DNA of 42,844 bases from Candidatus Omnitrophota bacterium (GCA_003565945.1 PXAH01000096.1:1-42844), one strand, 5' to 3'; shown: positions 33,143 through 42,735, counted from the first letter of the stretch. Notes: generated from the sequence alone by a model not told the origin. Translations and numbers: made by a program.

Positions 33143-33799
33143 ATGAACATATTAGCAGTTGATTCTTCTTCCAGTAAGTTATCATATAGTATTACCGCCA
33201 AAGGCAATCTTATTTATGAATATAACCGGATTGCTGGGCGAGGCGCGTCTAGTTTTATTGATAAATTAGATAAAACTTTTAAGAAATTATCTTTAAATAT
33301 GGGTTTTTTTGATTCTTTTTTTGTTGGGGCCGGGCCGGGCTCTTTTACTGGTTTACGGATTTCATTTAGCGCGATAAAAGCTTTAGCTTTGGCAACCGGA
33401 AAGCCGGTTTTTTCTCCTAATAGTTTTTTTGCCTGCGCTTATCCCTTTCGGGAAAAAAGCGAGAAGATTGCTGTTATTTCTGACGCTCGCAGGGGACTGG
33501 CCTATGCTGCTTTTTTTGTTTCTGAGGGAAAAGGTTTTCAGCAAGAGTCGGATATCAAGCTTATGAAGTTAAAGGAATGCTTAAGAGGAAGGAGTGATTA
33601 TTTATTTCTTACCTATGATCAGTCAATTCGCCAAGAGGTCTCTAATTTGGATAGAAATTTTAAAGTTTGGCCAAAGGATGTATACCCTCAGGCTAAATAT
33701 TTAATAGAAAGTTTAAACTATAAAAATTGGAAAAAGGGTTTAACTAATTTGAGTAATTTAGAACCCCTTTATTTGCATTCGGTCAGGCCAAGTGAGTAG
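33143..33799 (+). CDS. tsaB: t6A37 biosynthesis protein TsaB
   Basis: ILAVDSS, GPGSFTGLRI, K.LA, DARRG, LEPLYL. Confidence 0.93.
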   Translation: MNILAVDSSSSKLSYSITAKGNLIYEYNRIAGRGASSFIDKLDKTFKKLSLNMGFFDSFFVGAGPGSFTGLRISFSAIKALALATGKPVFSPNSFFACAYPFREKSEKIAVISDARRGLAYAAFFVSEGKGFQQESDIKLMKLKECLRGRSDYLFLTYDQSIRQEVSNLDRNFKVWPKDVYPQAKYLIESLNYKNWKKGLTNLSNLEPLYLHSVRPSE

Positions 33800-33862
33800 C
33801 GAGTAGAGAGTTAGTAAGAGTAACCAGAAACCAGAAGCTCTGGTTGCTGTACTCTGGTTACT
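33794..33862. repeat. heptamer-based inverted repeat between tsaB and alr
   Basis: gagtagc gagtaga gagttag ... agtaaccaga aaccaga agc tctggtt gctgtac tctggttact. Confidence 0.65.
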
Positions 33863-33898
33863 ATTTTAACTTAACCAGAGGTATTATGCGGGGATAAT

Positions 33899-35011
33899 AT
33901 GATGCGTCCGGCTTGGATTAATGTTGATTTAGGCGCGATTTCCGAAAATGTTCGGCAAATACAGCGCGTTACGGGTAAATCAATAAAAATAGCTGCTGTT
34001 ATTAAGCAATTTGCCTATGGACACGGCCTTCTTCCAGTAGCTAGAAAGCTTTATGGGGCGGGTATTGATTTTCTCGCTGTTGGAAGCCTGGAAGAAGCAA
34101 TTGCTCTTCGAGATGACGGTTATCAGGGAAGGATACTCTTTTTAAGCGCGGCTAATCCGGATTCGGTTTCTTATTTTTTTAACTATAAAATTACTCCTGC
34201 CGTAACAGATGAGGCTTTTGTTCATGCTTTAAATAGTTTTGGGAAAAAAAATAGCCGGAGCATTCCGGTGCATGTTAAAATTGATACCGGTATGGGGCGT
34301 TTAGGTTTTTATCCGGATCAAGTTAAAACTTTTCTAGCTAAAATCAAAGATTTAAAATTTGTTTCTTTGGAGGGGATTTTCACCCATTTCCCAGTTGCCG
34401 ATACTGATTCTAATTTTACCGCCGGCCAATTAAAAATTTTCCAAGATTTAATTAGCCAACTTAAAAACCAAAATATTTATTTTAAATATTGCCATTGCGC
34501 TAATAGCTTAGGGGTGGCTAATTATCCTGATTCTCATTTTAATATGATAAGGCCGGGACTGATTCTCTACGGCGTGAAGCCGGCTCAGAAAGTTAAAATA
34601 AAGCTTAAACCGGCCCTAAGCCTTAAATCAAAGGTGATTTTTATTAAAGATGTTTCCCGCGGCACGACCGTTGGCTATGGACGTGAATTTACCGCTAAAT
34701 CAAAAACAAGAATTGCTACGGTATCTATAGGTTACGCCGATGGCTACCCTTGGTCTTTATCAGGCCGTTCTAAAGTATTAATTAATGGTAAGTTTTTTAA
34801 TTTAGCCGGTAGAGTTTGCATGGACCATATAATGGTTGATATAGGCAGTACTAATCAAGTGCGGGTGGGAGACACCGTGACCTTGATCGGTAAAGACAAA
34901 AAAAATCAAATAAAAGCTGAAGATTTAGCTTCCTGGGCAGGGACTATTCCCTATGAGATTACAACCTGCTTGTCCAGAGATTTACCCCGCCACTACTCAA
35001 ACCCCGATTAG
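33899..35011 (+). CDS. alr: alanine racemase
   Basis: AVIKQFAYGHG (PLP Lys), HVKIDTGMGRLG, THF, H.ANS, RPG..LYG, GYADGY, GRVCMD, TIPYE. Confidence 0.96.
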   Translation: MMRPAWINVDLGAISENVRQIQRVTGKSIKIAAVIKQFAYGHGLLPVARKLYGAGIDFLAVGSLEEAIALRDDGYQGRILFLSAANPDSVSYFFNYKITPAVTDEAFVHALNSFGKKNSRSIPVHVKIDTGMGRLGFYPDQVKTFLAKIKDLKFVSLEGIFTHFPVADTDSNFTAGQLKIFQDLISQLKNQNIYFKYCHCANSLGVANYPDSHFNMIRPGLILYGVKPAQKVKIKLKPALSLKSKVIFIKDVSRGTTVGYGREFTAKSKTRIATVSIGYADGYPWSLSGRSKVLINGKFFNLAGRVCMDHIMVDIGSTNQVRVGDTVTLIGKDKKNQIKAEDLASWAGTIPYEITTCLSRDLPRHYSNPD

Positions 35012-35027
35012 TTGTAGGACGTCTACT

Positions 35028-36113
35028 CTAACGCATCAAAAGTAGGCCGGTTATGCCTATACTTACAAAAAAAAGTGGTGCTAGCCAAGCAGAGAAGAGG
35101 GGAAGAATTATTTCCGACTTACCTAAAGCAAGGCTTACCGAGTCTATCAAAAAGTATGCTAAAGCAAAAAGTAAACCTATTCCGATAGCCACAAAAGCCC
35201 CTTTTTTCTTTTTTATTTCAAGAGCTAACGGTAAAGAGCCGATAATCAGGAAAAGATGAGAAAATGGGAAGGCAATTTTTCTGTGAAATTCCACTCGTAG
35301 GGAGGCTAACAGGGCTCCCGGGCTAAATCTTTGAAGGCTAGAAATTTGTTCGCTGATTGATTTGAGGGGGGCAAATTCAATGAATATGCTTTGCTCAAAG
35401 GCCAGCTCTTCTGGTTTTTTAGTAAGTTCAATATCTTTTTCTTCTGTGATTATCGGAAACCGCGCCAGCCTGCCGCTGGCCTCAAAATTATATTCAACCG
35501 CGTCGTAAGCTATCCACCTGTCCTGCCTGTATTTTATAGATTCACTTTCTATTTTTCCGGTGAGGGCCCCCTGGCTGTCATGCTTAAAAATGATAGCATT
35601 TTTTAATTCCTTTTCTTTAGGTAAAAAGGTTTCAATAAAAAAAATAGAGCCATCGGACTTAAAGGCTAAATTATTTATTTGGGATTCAGCATCTTCTTTT
35701 TCGATATACCTGCTTTTGATTTGTTCCATTCGAAACTGAGAGTCTCTTAGCACTTTTTCCTGCAGAAAAAAAGTAAGAAAAGATATAAAAATCGCTAAAA
35801 CTATAGCCGGATAAGCGGTTCGCAGGGCGCTTATGCCTGAGGTGCGTATGCTTATTAGTTCGTTATTTTTTCCTAAGTTGCTGTAATTATAGAGAACACT
35901 CATCAAAAGCGCCATAGGGCTTACTCGTAAAATTATCAGGGGCATATAAAAGAGGTAATATTGGACAATGATACTAAGGGGCGGTTTATTTTGCAGTATA
36001 TCTGAAAGGGTTGAAAAAAGGTCTATTACCACATGCAGGCCTATAAACAGAAGAAGTATAAACAAATAAGAGAGTATAACATTTTTTAAAATATATTTAT
36101 CTAAAATGCGCAT
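35028..36113 (-). CDS. lptG: LPS export permease LptG (YjgP/YjgQ family)
   Basis: ILDKYI, 3 TM + periplasmic domain + 3 TM, NELISIRTSGIS, P..SAWLAP; second of a tandem pair. Confidence 0.8.
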   Translation of the reverse strand: MRILDKYILKNVILSYLFILLLFIGLHVVIDLFSTLSDILQNKPPLSIIVQYYLFYMPLIILRVSPMALLMSVLYNYSNLGKNNELISIRTSGISALRTAYPAIVLAIFISFLTFFLQEKVLRDSQFRMEQIKSRYIEKEDAESQINNLAFKSDGSIFFIETFLPKEKELKNAIIFKHDSQGALTGKIESESIKYRQDRWIAYDAVEYNFEASGRLARFPIITEEKDIELTKKPEELAFEQSIFIEFAPLKSISEQISSLQRFSPGALLASLRVEFHRKIAFPFSHLFLIIGSLPLALEIKKKKGAFVAIGIGLLFALAYFLIDSVSLALGKSEIILPLFSAWLAPLFFVSIGITGLLLMR

Positions 36114-37206
36114 ATTTATAAAAAAGGAAGATTCCGACTGAGGTTATGGTTATATTTGGCAGCCACATTGCTAAAACCGCCGGCAAAAAGTGGGATTCAG
36201 CTAAAGTTTCTCCTAAAAGAAATAAAAGGTAATAGATTCCGGCTGTAAGCAAAGCAATAATAAAATTTATTGATTTCTCTCTGTGCTTTATAGTCATTGA
36301 AACACCAAAGCCTAGGATAACAAAGGCTAGAGGCGCGAAAGAAAAGCTAATTCGCCTGTGGAATTCGGTCAAAAATCTAGCTAACATTCTATTTTCGATT
36401 TTTTTATCGCTTGTAGTTCTGAAATTATTTATTTTTTGCCTTAGTTGGCTAAGATGCATATTTCTGTGAGTTCTTGGTATTTCGGTTATTTCTTCTTCCT
36501 GAAGGGGAAGGTTCATGAAGATTCTATCAAAATCTAAACGGTAGGGGCCGCTTTCATCTCCGGATCCGGTTATATCCCGGAAGCCCTGGCTTAGCTTTAC
36601 CCTGAGGGTATTGTTATCGACCACAAACCTGCCTTGCTTGGCTACGGTAATTTCGGTTATATTTGCTTCCTGGTCAGTTTTGTAAATATAGACATTTTTT
36701 AGTTGGTGGCCGCTTTTATCTCCGGCATAAAGAACAAAGCCGTCAAAAGCATCAAGAAATACGCCCGGCTCTATAAGAGCTGATATATTTGAAGAATACA
36801 TCTTCCTTAACTGAGTCCTGTATCCGTAGTGGATATCGGGAAAAACTGTGCTTTTAAGGAAAAGGAGAGAGAGGGAAAAAATAAAGCTGACTGTAAGAAA
36901 AAGAGAAAATATTTTCATTATCGATACCCCGGAACTTTGGATAGCTACTAGTTCGTTATCAGCTATAATTCTTCCCATAGAAAGTAAAACCGCAAAGAGG
37001 AAGGCTAGCGGCATAGTGTATTCTACGCTACGGGGAATAATAAAATAAAACAGCCTCAAGGCGGAAAGAAAGGGGACACCTTTGCGGATTATCATATCAG
37101 AAATTTGATAGAGATTTCCACCAAGAAAAAAAATGTTTATTACCAAAAAAGAAAAAACAAAAATTATCAGAAATTCTTTTAATATGTAGTTTCTTAATAT
37201 TTTCAT
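36097..37206 (-). CDS. lptF: LPS export permease LptF (YjgP/YjgQ family)
   Basis: ILRNYI, GR..ADNELVA..SSGVS, IEPGVF, EFHRRIS, AMWLPN. Confidence 0.85.
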   Translation of the reverse strand: MKILRNYILKEFLIIFVFSFLVINIFFLGGNLYQISDMIIRKGVPFLSALRLFYFIIPRSVEYTMPLAFLFAVLLSMGRIIADNELVAIQSSGVSIMKIFSLFLTVSFIFSLSLLFLKSTVFPDIHYGYRTQLRKMYSSNISALIEPGVFLDAFDGFVLYAGDKSGHQLKNVYIYKTDQEANITEITVAKQGRFVVDNNTLRVKLSQGFRDITGSGDESGPYRLDFDRIFMNLPLQEEEITEIPRTHRNMHLSQLRQKINNFRTTSDKKIENRMLARFLTEFHRRISFSFAPLAFVILGFGVSMTIKHREKSINFIIALLTAGIYYLLFLLGETLAESHFLPAVLAMWLPNITITSVGIFLFYKYAHFR

Positions 37207-37214
37207 TTTTATGG

Positions 37215-37901
37215 TTATTTAGCTAAAGTTATCGCTTCAATTTGACCGGCTTCGCTTTCCCTTAGGGCTGCCGCGCAGGCGGATAATGTTGAACCGGTAG
37301 TCAATACATCATCTACTAAGATTATGTTTTGTTTTTTTAAGTTCTCTTTTGCCGCAAATTTTCCTTTCGTGTTTTTTCGGCGACTTAAAGGATCAAGTTC
37401 AGTTTGGGATTTTTTCATATAGTCAGAGCGCATTATATCATTTTTTAAGGGGATTTTAAAATAATTTGCTAATTGCTTAGCTAGCAGCTCTGATTGGTTA
37501 TAACCGCGTGATTTTATTTTATAAGGATGCAAAGGAATCGGGATAAGCAAGTCATATCCGGAAGGGTTAAATTTAAGTTCTTTAAGCTGCTCAAGCATCA
37601 TCTGCCCTAAGGACTGGGCTAAATAATCCAGGCGTTTATATTTAAAGTAATGAATTACTTTTTTTATTGGGCCTTGGTATTTGTAGGTGCTTGTTATTTT
37701 TATTTTTTCTCCTGAAGCAGGTTTGGGAAAGTTATCGTTTTGGTGGAGGCTTATTGCCGTATAACAGGCCGGCGGCATAAGTTTTTTTGTTTGGCTTTGG
37801 CAGGTATAGCAGAGATAGTCTTTTTTTATTTTTTTGCCGCATTCTAAGCAGAGCAAAGGAAAAAAGATATTTTTTAAGGCTGCTATCCATTTTTTACGCA
37901 T
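37215..37901 (-). CDS. comF: ComF family amidophosphoribosyltransferase-like protein
   Basis: FP..C..C...LC..C Zn ribbon, I..FKY, PIPLH....RGYNQS, LVDDVLTTGST. Confidence 0.92.
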   Translation of the reverse strand: MRKKWIAALKNIFFPLLCLECGKKIKKDYLCYTCQSQTKKLMPPACYTAISLHQNDNFPKPASGEKIKITSTYKYQGPIKKVIHYFKYKRLDYLAQSLGQMMLEQLKELKFNPSGYDLLIPIPLHPYKIKSRGYNQSELLAKQLANYFKIPLKNDIMRSDYMKKSQTELDPLSRRKNTKGKFAAKENLKKQNIILVDDVLTTGSTLSACAAALRESEAGQIEAITLAK

Positions 37902-37954
37902 AGATTATCATTTTAGATTCTTCTTCTATTTATACAAGTATTTTTTACTCTTTT

Positions 37955-37975
37955 TTTCCGATCCGGGATCGGAAA
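37955..37975. other. perfect 10-bp inverted repeat in the divergent comF/kinase spacer
   Basis: tttccgatcc-g-ggatcggaaa. Confidence 0.6.
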
Positions 37976-38240
37976 GAGAGGCGTTTATAAGTTTTTATTT
38001 ATCAATGAGTTATAATGCGGATTTTGAAAAATAATTTTTTTTTGAAAAACTTAATTTTAAGCCTATATCAGAATAAAATTAAGGCTTTTTCATTATCTGA
38101 TAACGGCTGATTTTTTTTGATAAGGTTTACTTTTTTCATTCTCATATAGTATAATAGAATAAATGCCAAGTTTATATAATCAGTATGAGATTGGTTCTTT
38201 CAAAAGCAACTTAAGTGCTTTCTCCATTTGGTGATTTGAT

Positions 38241-40253
38241 ATGGCTTTGACTTTTATTTTAATTTTAGCTTATTGGCTTATTCTAAGTTTTTTTTCTTTT
38301 CTAGGGGAAGGTGGCAGTTTTTTTCAGGCCATTTTCCCGGTTGCTACTCAACAGTTAATTATTCGTTTCAGCGGTGCGTTCTTTATTGGGTTAGGAAATT
38401 ATTTGCTACTTAAAAAAAATAGAAGCATTCCAAATAAAGCTGCCTATTACGCAAGCCTGCCAAAAGAGGAAAATAAAATTACATCTAAGAAAAATGATTT
38501 TGATTTCAGCTTACCGGAACAAGCTAAAAAAGACTTTAAAAATGAATATCTAAACTATAAAGTAACCAGCTCTATATTGAGGTTATCTTTTGCCCACATT
38601 TCTCTAGAGTCTTTTATTAAATTAGCGCTTAGCTTGATTATTTCCGATAAACATTTTTTAAATTGTTTAGGGGCTATGGTTTTTTGCTTGGGTGAACAGT
38701 CAAATCTTCTTCATTTGAAAGGCTATCATAATATTTCCGCTTCTTTGTCTGATGATTGCCGTGCTATCGGCCTGAAAGACTGCATTTGCGGCAAGGCTGC
38801 CGGAGAAAAAAATATTCAATTTGCTTCTGATTCCGGAGAATGCCCTGTTTCTTTTACCCAGCGCTTTTCTGCCAAGCATAAGCATTATTGCCTTCCTTTG
38901 TTTCATCAGGGAAGCCTAATCGGTGCGGTTGACTTTATTCTTGACCCTCAATGCCAAAGAAGTAAGGAGGTTGATGAATACCTAATGCAGTTATCAAATC
39001 TTATCGCGATGGGAATTAAAAATAAACAGGAAACAAAGCAAATTACTGAAATCAATAAATGCCTTGCCGGCCTTTCTGAAGATCCCGCTGAGGGTATTCA
39101 TAATTTAGTTGATTTATACGGGAAGATTTTCGTGGCTTCTTTTGCTTGCTATAAAAGGGTTGACCAAGAGGGTGGCCGGCTCATTTCGGCCTTTCAGTAT
39201 AACCCTTCCGGATATAGTGATAGCTGGGAAAGCAAGGATTTAATAGGAGATGAAATTGTCTCCGGCAATAAAGATTTTATTGTTATCAAGGGATTAGCCG
39301 GCTCTAAATACGCCGACAATAATGCCAGCATTAAACACAATGATTTTTCTGTATGTGTAGGTGTAAAAGTTGAGCAAGCCGGCCGCTTGGTAGGGGTGAT
39401 CTATGCGTTTTACAAAAGGGATTTTTCTCCCGGGAAAAGAGAGGAAGATAAGTTAAAGGCTATAGCTTCGGCTATAAGTATTGAAGAAGGGCGTATCTAT
39501 GAAAATAAAGTATTTCAAGAAGCTTGCTTAAAATTAAAAAAAACTCAAAGCAGCCTAATTCAGTCAAAAAAATTAGCGGATGTGGGGCAGTTTTCTTCGG
39601 GTATAGTCCATGAGGTAAGAAATCCTATAGGTGTTATTTTAGGAGGAATTGAATTTTTAGAAAAAAAAATCGGCACCACGGATAAAGAAATTGGTTTTGC
39701 TTTAAAGCGAATTAAAGAATCTACTTTACGGGCTAACAGCATAGTTGATAACTTACTTACTTTTGCTAAACCTTCCGGGAAAAGAGATGAAATTCTTGAT
39801 TTAAAAGGTTTAGTTGAGGAAACTGTATCTTTACTTCATTACAAAACTTCTTTAGAAAATATTAAGGTAATCAATCAGGTAAGAAAATCCCCGTTTGGCA
39901 TTAGGGCCAACAGAAATCAAATCCAGCAAATTTTATTCAATTTATTTTTAAACGCGGTTGAAGCTATGCCTCAAGGAGGAAAACTAAAAATTAGGGTTCT
40001 TGAAAGCAAAGTTTTAAAAAAGCAGAATAAATGCGTGGTTCAGATTGTAGACACCGGAGAAGGTATAAAAAAGGAAGATTTATCTAAAATGTTTGAACCG
40101 TTTTTCACCACTAAAGGCCAGGCTAAAGGAACCGGGCTCGGGCTTGCGATGTGTAAGATGTTGGCCGAAGACAATAAAGCTCAGCTTTTAATATCGAGCC
40201 AATGGGGCAAGGGAACAACGGCTAAGCTGATTTTTCCGGTTATTTCCGGCTAA
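38241..40253 (+). CDS. membrane sensor histidine kinase with two GAF-like domains
   Basis: Two N-terminal TM helices, GAF-like 'CICGKAA...HYCLPL', H-box IVHEVRNP, N-box NLFLNAVEAM, DTGEGI, FEPFFTTK, GTGLGL. Confidence 0.93.
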   Translation: MALTFILILAYWLILSFFSFLGEGGSFFQAIFPVATQQLIIRFSGAFFIGLGNYLLLKKNRSIPNKAAYYASLPKEENKITSKKNDFDFSLPEQAKKDFKNEYLNYKVTSSILRLSFAHISLESFIKLALSLIISDKHFLNCLGAMVFCLGEQSNLLHLKGYHNISASLSDDCRAIGLKDCICGKAAGEKNIQFASDSGECPVSFTQRFSAKHKHYCLPLFHQGSLIGAVDFILDPQCQRSKEVDEYLMQLSNLIAMGIKNKQETKQITEINKCLAGLSEDPAEGIHNLVDLYGKIFVASFACYKRVDQEGGRLISAFQYNPSGYSDSWESKDLIGDEIVSGNKDFIVIKGLAGSKYADNNASIKHNDFSVCVGVKVEQAGRLVGVIYAFYKRDFSPGKREEDKLKAIASAISIEEGRIYENKVFQEACLKLKKTQSSLIQSKKLADVGQFSSGIVHEVRNPIGVILGGIEFLEKKIGTTDKEIGFALKRIKESTLRANSIVDNLLTFAKPSGKRDEILDLKGLVEETVSLLHYKTSLENIKVINQVRKSPFGIRANRNQIQQILFNLFLNAVEAMPQGGKLKIRVLESKVLKKQNKCVVQIVDTGEGIKKEDLSKMFEPFFTTKGQAKGTGLGLAMCKMLAEDNKAQLLISSQWGKGTTAKLIFPVISG

Positions 40254-40255
40254 GC

Positions 40256-40283
40256 TTGACAGCCTAAATACTAGTGTTATTAT
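40256..40283 (+). promoter_or_regulatory. internal sigma70-type promoter for the response regulator
   Basis: TTGACA (40256-40261), 16 nt, TG-t-TATTAT (40278-40283); RBS AAGGAGG at 40291. Confidence 0.55.
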
Positions 40284-40302
40284 TAAAGGTAAGGAGGCAC
40301 AA

Positions 40303-40692
40303 ATGGGAAATAAAACTAAAAAAATACTAGTAGTCGATGATGAAGAAGATATGGCTTATTTTTTGAAAGCTAACCTGGAATTAGAAGGCGAGTATGAGGT
40401 TATTACGGTTACAAAGGGGAAAGACGCGTTTAGGACAGCTGCCAAACATATGCCTGATTTGATTATGCTGGATATAAAAATGCCTCAGGTAGACGGCATC
40501 CAGGTTTTAAAAAAACTAAAAGAATCCCCTAAGACCTTACGTATTCCGGTTATTATCTTGAGTGCTAAGACAGACGATGCTACAAAGATCGAGGCGGCTC
40601 GTCTATACGATGACCATTACATCACCAAGCCCGTACAGATAGAAGAAATTAAATCCAAGATAAAAGAAGTTTTGGAAAGATACCAAGCATAA
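40303..40692 (+). CDS. single-domain response regulator (receiver only)
   Basis: ILVVDDE, PDLIMLDIKMP.VDG, VIILSA, YITKP; 129 aa, no output domain. Confidence 0.95.
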   Translation: MGNKTKKILVVDDEEDMAYFLKANLELEGEYEVITVTKGKDAFRTAAKHMPDLIMLDIKMPQVDGIQVLKKLKESPKTLRIPVIILSAKTDDATKIEAARLYDDHYITKPVQIEEIKSKIKEVLERYQA

Positions 40693-40729
40693 GCCTATTT
40701 CTTCTATCCCCGCGAAGGTTTTCGAAATT

Positions 40730-41377
40730 ATGAACAAAGCTTTTAATATTCTTTTCGAAGATGAACATATTTTAGTTATTAATAAGATTGCCCGGATAGT
40801 AGTTGTGCCTACTCCGAAAAAAGAAGCAAAGACATTAATATCTTTATTGGCAAAAGAATTAGGCAGAAAGATTTACGCTTGTCATCGGTTAGATAAGGAT
40901 ACGCAAGGGTTAATGATTTTTGCTAAATCTGCCTCAATCGAACAAGATATTACCGGCCAGTTTAGAAAAAGGCAAATCAGAAAAAAGTACTTAGCTTTTA
41001 GCAAGGGAAATCTTAAAAAAAAGGAAGGGGTTTTTAAGGGCCCGGTTTTAGATAAAGCTGGGAAAAGATTTGGGGAAAGGCCCAAGCAAGCAAAAACCGG
41101 CTATAAAGTTTTAACGAAGTGTAAGGGTTTTGATTTTTTAGAGATTACCCCTAAAACAGGCAGAACTAATCAGATCAGAATTCATCTTTCTCGGGCCGGC
41201 CATCCTATTTTGGGGGAAAAAAAATATGCTTTCCGGCGTGATTTTGTGATAAAATTTAACAAACTCGCGTTGTGTGCTTATTTTTTGAGCTTTTGCCATC
41301 CGGTGAGCAGGAAAAAAATAGAAGTAAAGATAGCTATTCCTGAGTATATGAATGAATTCTTAAAAAAATGGGGGTGA
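40730..41377 (+). CDS. RluA/RluD-family RNA pseudouridine synthase (no S4 domain)
   Basis: ILFEDE..LVINK, HRLDKDTQG (catalytic Asp), K.Y.A, TGRTNQIRIH, GHPILGE. Confidence 0.92.
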   Translation: MNKAFNILFEDEHILVINKIARIVVVPTPKKEAKTLISLLAKELGRKIYACHRLDKDTQGLMIFAKSASIEQDITGQFRKRQIRKKYLAFSKGNLKKKEGVFKGPVLDKAGKRFGERPKQAKTGYKVLTKCKGFDFLEITPKTGRTNQIRIHLSRAGHPILGEKKYAFRRDFVIKFNKLALCAYFLSFCHPVSRKKIEVKIAIPEYMNEFLKKWG

Positions 41378-41379
41378 TT

Positions 41380-41565
41380 ATGCTTTTTGGAATTATTTTA
41401 ATCCTGGCCGGTATTTTGATTGCTGCTTATCCGCCTTTGCTTTCCTGGATAGTCGCGGCTGTTTTGTTTCTTGCCGGCTTTTTTCTTATTTTTATTGGTT
41501 ATCAGTTTCGAAAAGCGGACCGTAAATTCGGCAATTCATTTATTGATTTTTTCTTCAAGTTGTAG
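41380..41565 (+). CDS. small two-TM membrane protein (DUF3096-like)
   Basis: 'LAGILIAAYPPLLSWIVA..L...G' hydrophobic hairpin; GGGGTG RBS before ATG 41380; family assignment from memory only. Confidence 0.65.
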   Translation: MLFGIILILAGILIAAYPPLLSWIVAAVLFLAGFFLIFIGYQFRKADRKFGNSFIDFFFKL

Positions 41566-41598
41566 TTTATTATTAAAAAGTAGTTTTTCTAAAAAAGC

Positions 41599-41976
41599 AT
41601 GCACAAAATAAATAAAAAAGTATATTATCATGATACCGATTGCGGCGGAATAGTTTATTACGCTAATTATCTTAAATATTTTGAGGAAGCCAGAACCGAA
41701 TTCTTCCTATCGCGTGGCATTGAACTTACCGGAGGAGATTTTTTTTTCGTAGTTAAGAGCTTGAATATTTCTTACCGGAGGCCGGCTCGTTATGGCCAGG
41801 TTATTGAGGTAAAGACCGATTTAGTGCAGGTAAAAAATGCCTCTTTGCTTTTTAATCAAACTGTTGAGCTGGAAAATATAATCTTGGTTTCAGCCGAAAC
41901 CAAGATTGCCTGCATCAATAAAAATTTTCAGGCCTCTCTTATTCCCGAGGTAGTAGTGAATAGGTTAAAAAAATGA
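41599..41976 (+). CDS. YbgC/FadM-family acyl-CoA thioesterase
   Basis: VYYHDTDCGGIVYYANYLKYFEEARTE hot-dog fold motif. Confidence 0.92.
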   Translation: MHKINKKVYYHDTDCGGIVYYANYLKYFEEARTEFFLSRGIELTGGDFFFVVKSLNISYRRPARYGQVIEVKTDLVQVKNASLLFNQTVELENIILVSAETKIACINKNFQASLIPEVVVNRLKK

Positions 41977-42323
41977 TTGATAAAATAGTTGATAAAAACA
42001 AAGACACTGTCATATCTTCTTCTCCCAAGATTGCTGCCGGTTTTTTTAGCCGCTTTTTAGGGCTTATGTTTAGGCGAAAAATGAATCAAGAAGAAGCGCT
42101 TGTTTTTTATCGGGCTCCTTCAATCCATACTTTCTTTATGTTTTTTCCCATTGATATTGTGTTCTTGGGGCGCCAGATGAAGGTAAAGCGGTTAGTCAAA
42201 AGTTTGCGGCCGTGGAGGGCAGTTATTTGCAAGGGAGCCTATGCAACGCTTGAATTGCCCGCGGGTAGAATAGATCAAACCAATATTTCCGTCGGTGATC
42301 AGATAGAGATTCGGGAGGGATAG
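41973..42323 (+). CDS. DUF192 domain protein
   Basis: A..FFSR..GLMFR, IHTFFM.FPIDIVFL, LELPAG, GD.I. Confidence 0.88.
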   Translation: MIDKIVDKNKDTVISSSPKIAAGFFSRFLGLMFRRKMNQEEALVFYRAPSIHTFFMFFPIDIVFLGRQMKVKRLVKSLRPWRAVICKGAYATLELPAGRIDQTNISVGDQIEIREG

Positions 42324-42365
42324 TGCGTTCAACGTTCAACGTTCGACGTTTGACGTTTGATCTTT
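42324..42365. repeat. tandem heptamer (R)ACGTTY x6
   Basis: tgcgttc aacgttc aacgttc gacgttt gacgttt gatcttt immediately after the DUF192 stop codon. Confidence 0.8.
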
Positions 42366-42367
42366 GT

Positions 42368-42395
42368 TTGACAGCTTTTTGAATGTAGCTATAAT
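42368..42395 (+). promoter_or_regulatory. consensus sigma70 promoter for the tRNA genes
   Basis: TTGACA (42368-42373), 16 nt, TATAAT (42390-42395), 25 nt before tRNA-Pro. Confidence 0.8.
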
Positions 42396-42420
42396 AAGGC
42401 TTTGTTTTTTCGAAAATTTT

Positions 42421-42496
42421 CGGGAGGTGGCGCAGTTTGGCTTAGCGCACTTGCTTTGGGAGCAAGGGGTCGTGGGTTCGAATCCCACTCTCCCGA
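42421..42496 (+). tRNA. tRNA-Pro (TGG)
   Basis: Acceptor cgggagg/tctcccg, anticodon arm cttgc-ttTGGga-gcaag, T arm gtggg-ttcgaat-cccac; CCA not encoded. Confidence 0.96.
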
Positions 42497-42661
42497 CTTT
42501 TATTCGCGAATAACGGAAACCTTTACCAACCTCCGAGGTTAACAGAAATAAGGATTGATTTTATTAGGTTTTTTCTATCGCTCTTTGTCTTCAACTTGTA
42601 GTATTGTTCTGTGTAATCTGTAAACGAGCGTTTACGAGTGTTCAGTGTAATCTGTGGTTCT

Positions 42662-42735
42662 GCGCCTGTAGCTCAATCGGATAGAGCATCGGCCTTCTAA
42701 GCCGAGGGTTGCAGGTTCGATTCCTGCCGGGCGCA
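42662..42735 (+). tRNA. tRNA-Arg (TCT)
   Basis: Acceptor gcgcctg/cgggcgc, anticodon arm tcggc-ctTCTaa-gccga, T arm gcagg-ttcgatt-cctgc; CCA not encoded. Confidence 0.96.

Noticed and set aside
35014-35026. GTAG-type REP or terminator between convergent alr and lptG (gtaggacgtctac)
   Set aside because: Only 13 nt, too short and weak; the partial match at 12796-12804 could be chance
37902-38240. oriC or dif site in the long AT-rich spacer
   Set aside because: No TTATCCACA-like DnaA box cluster and no XerC/XerD dif consensus seen
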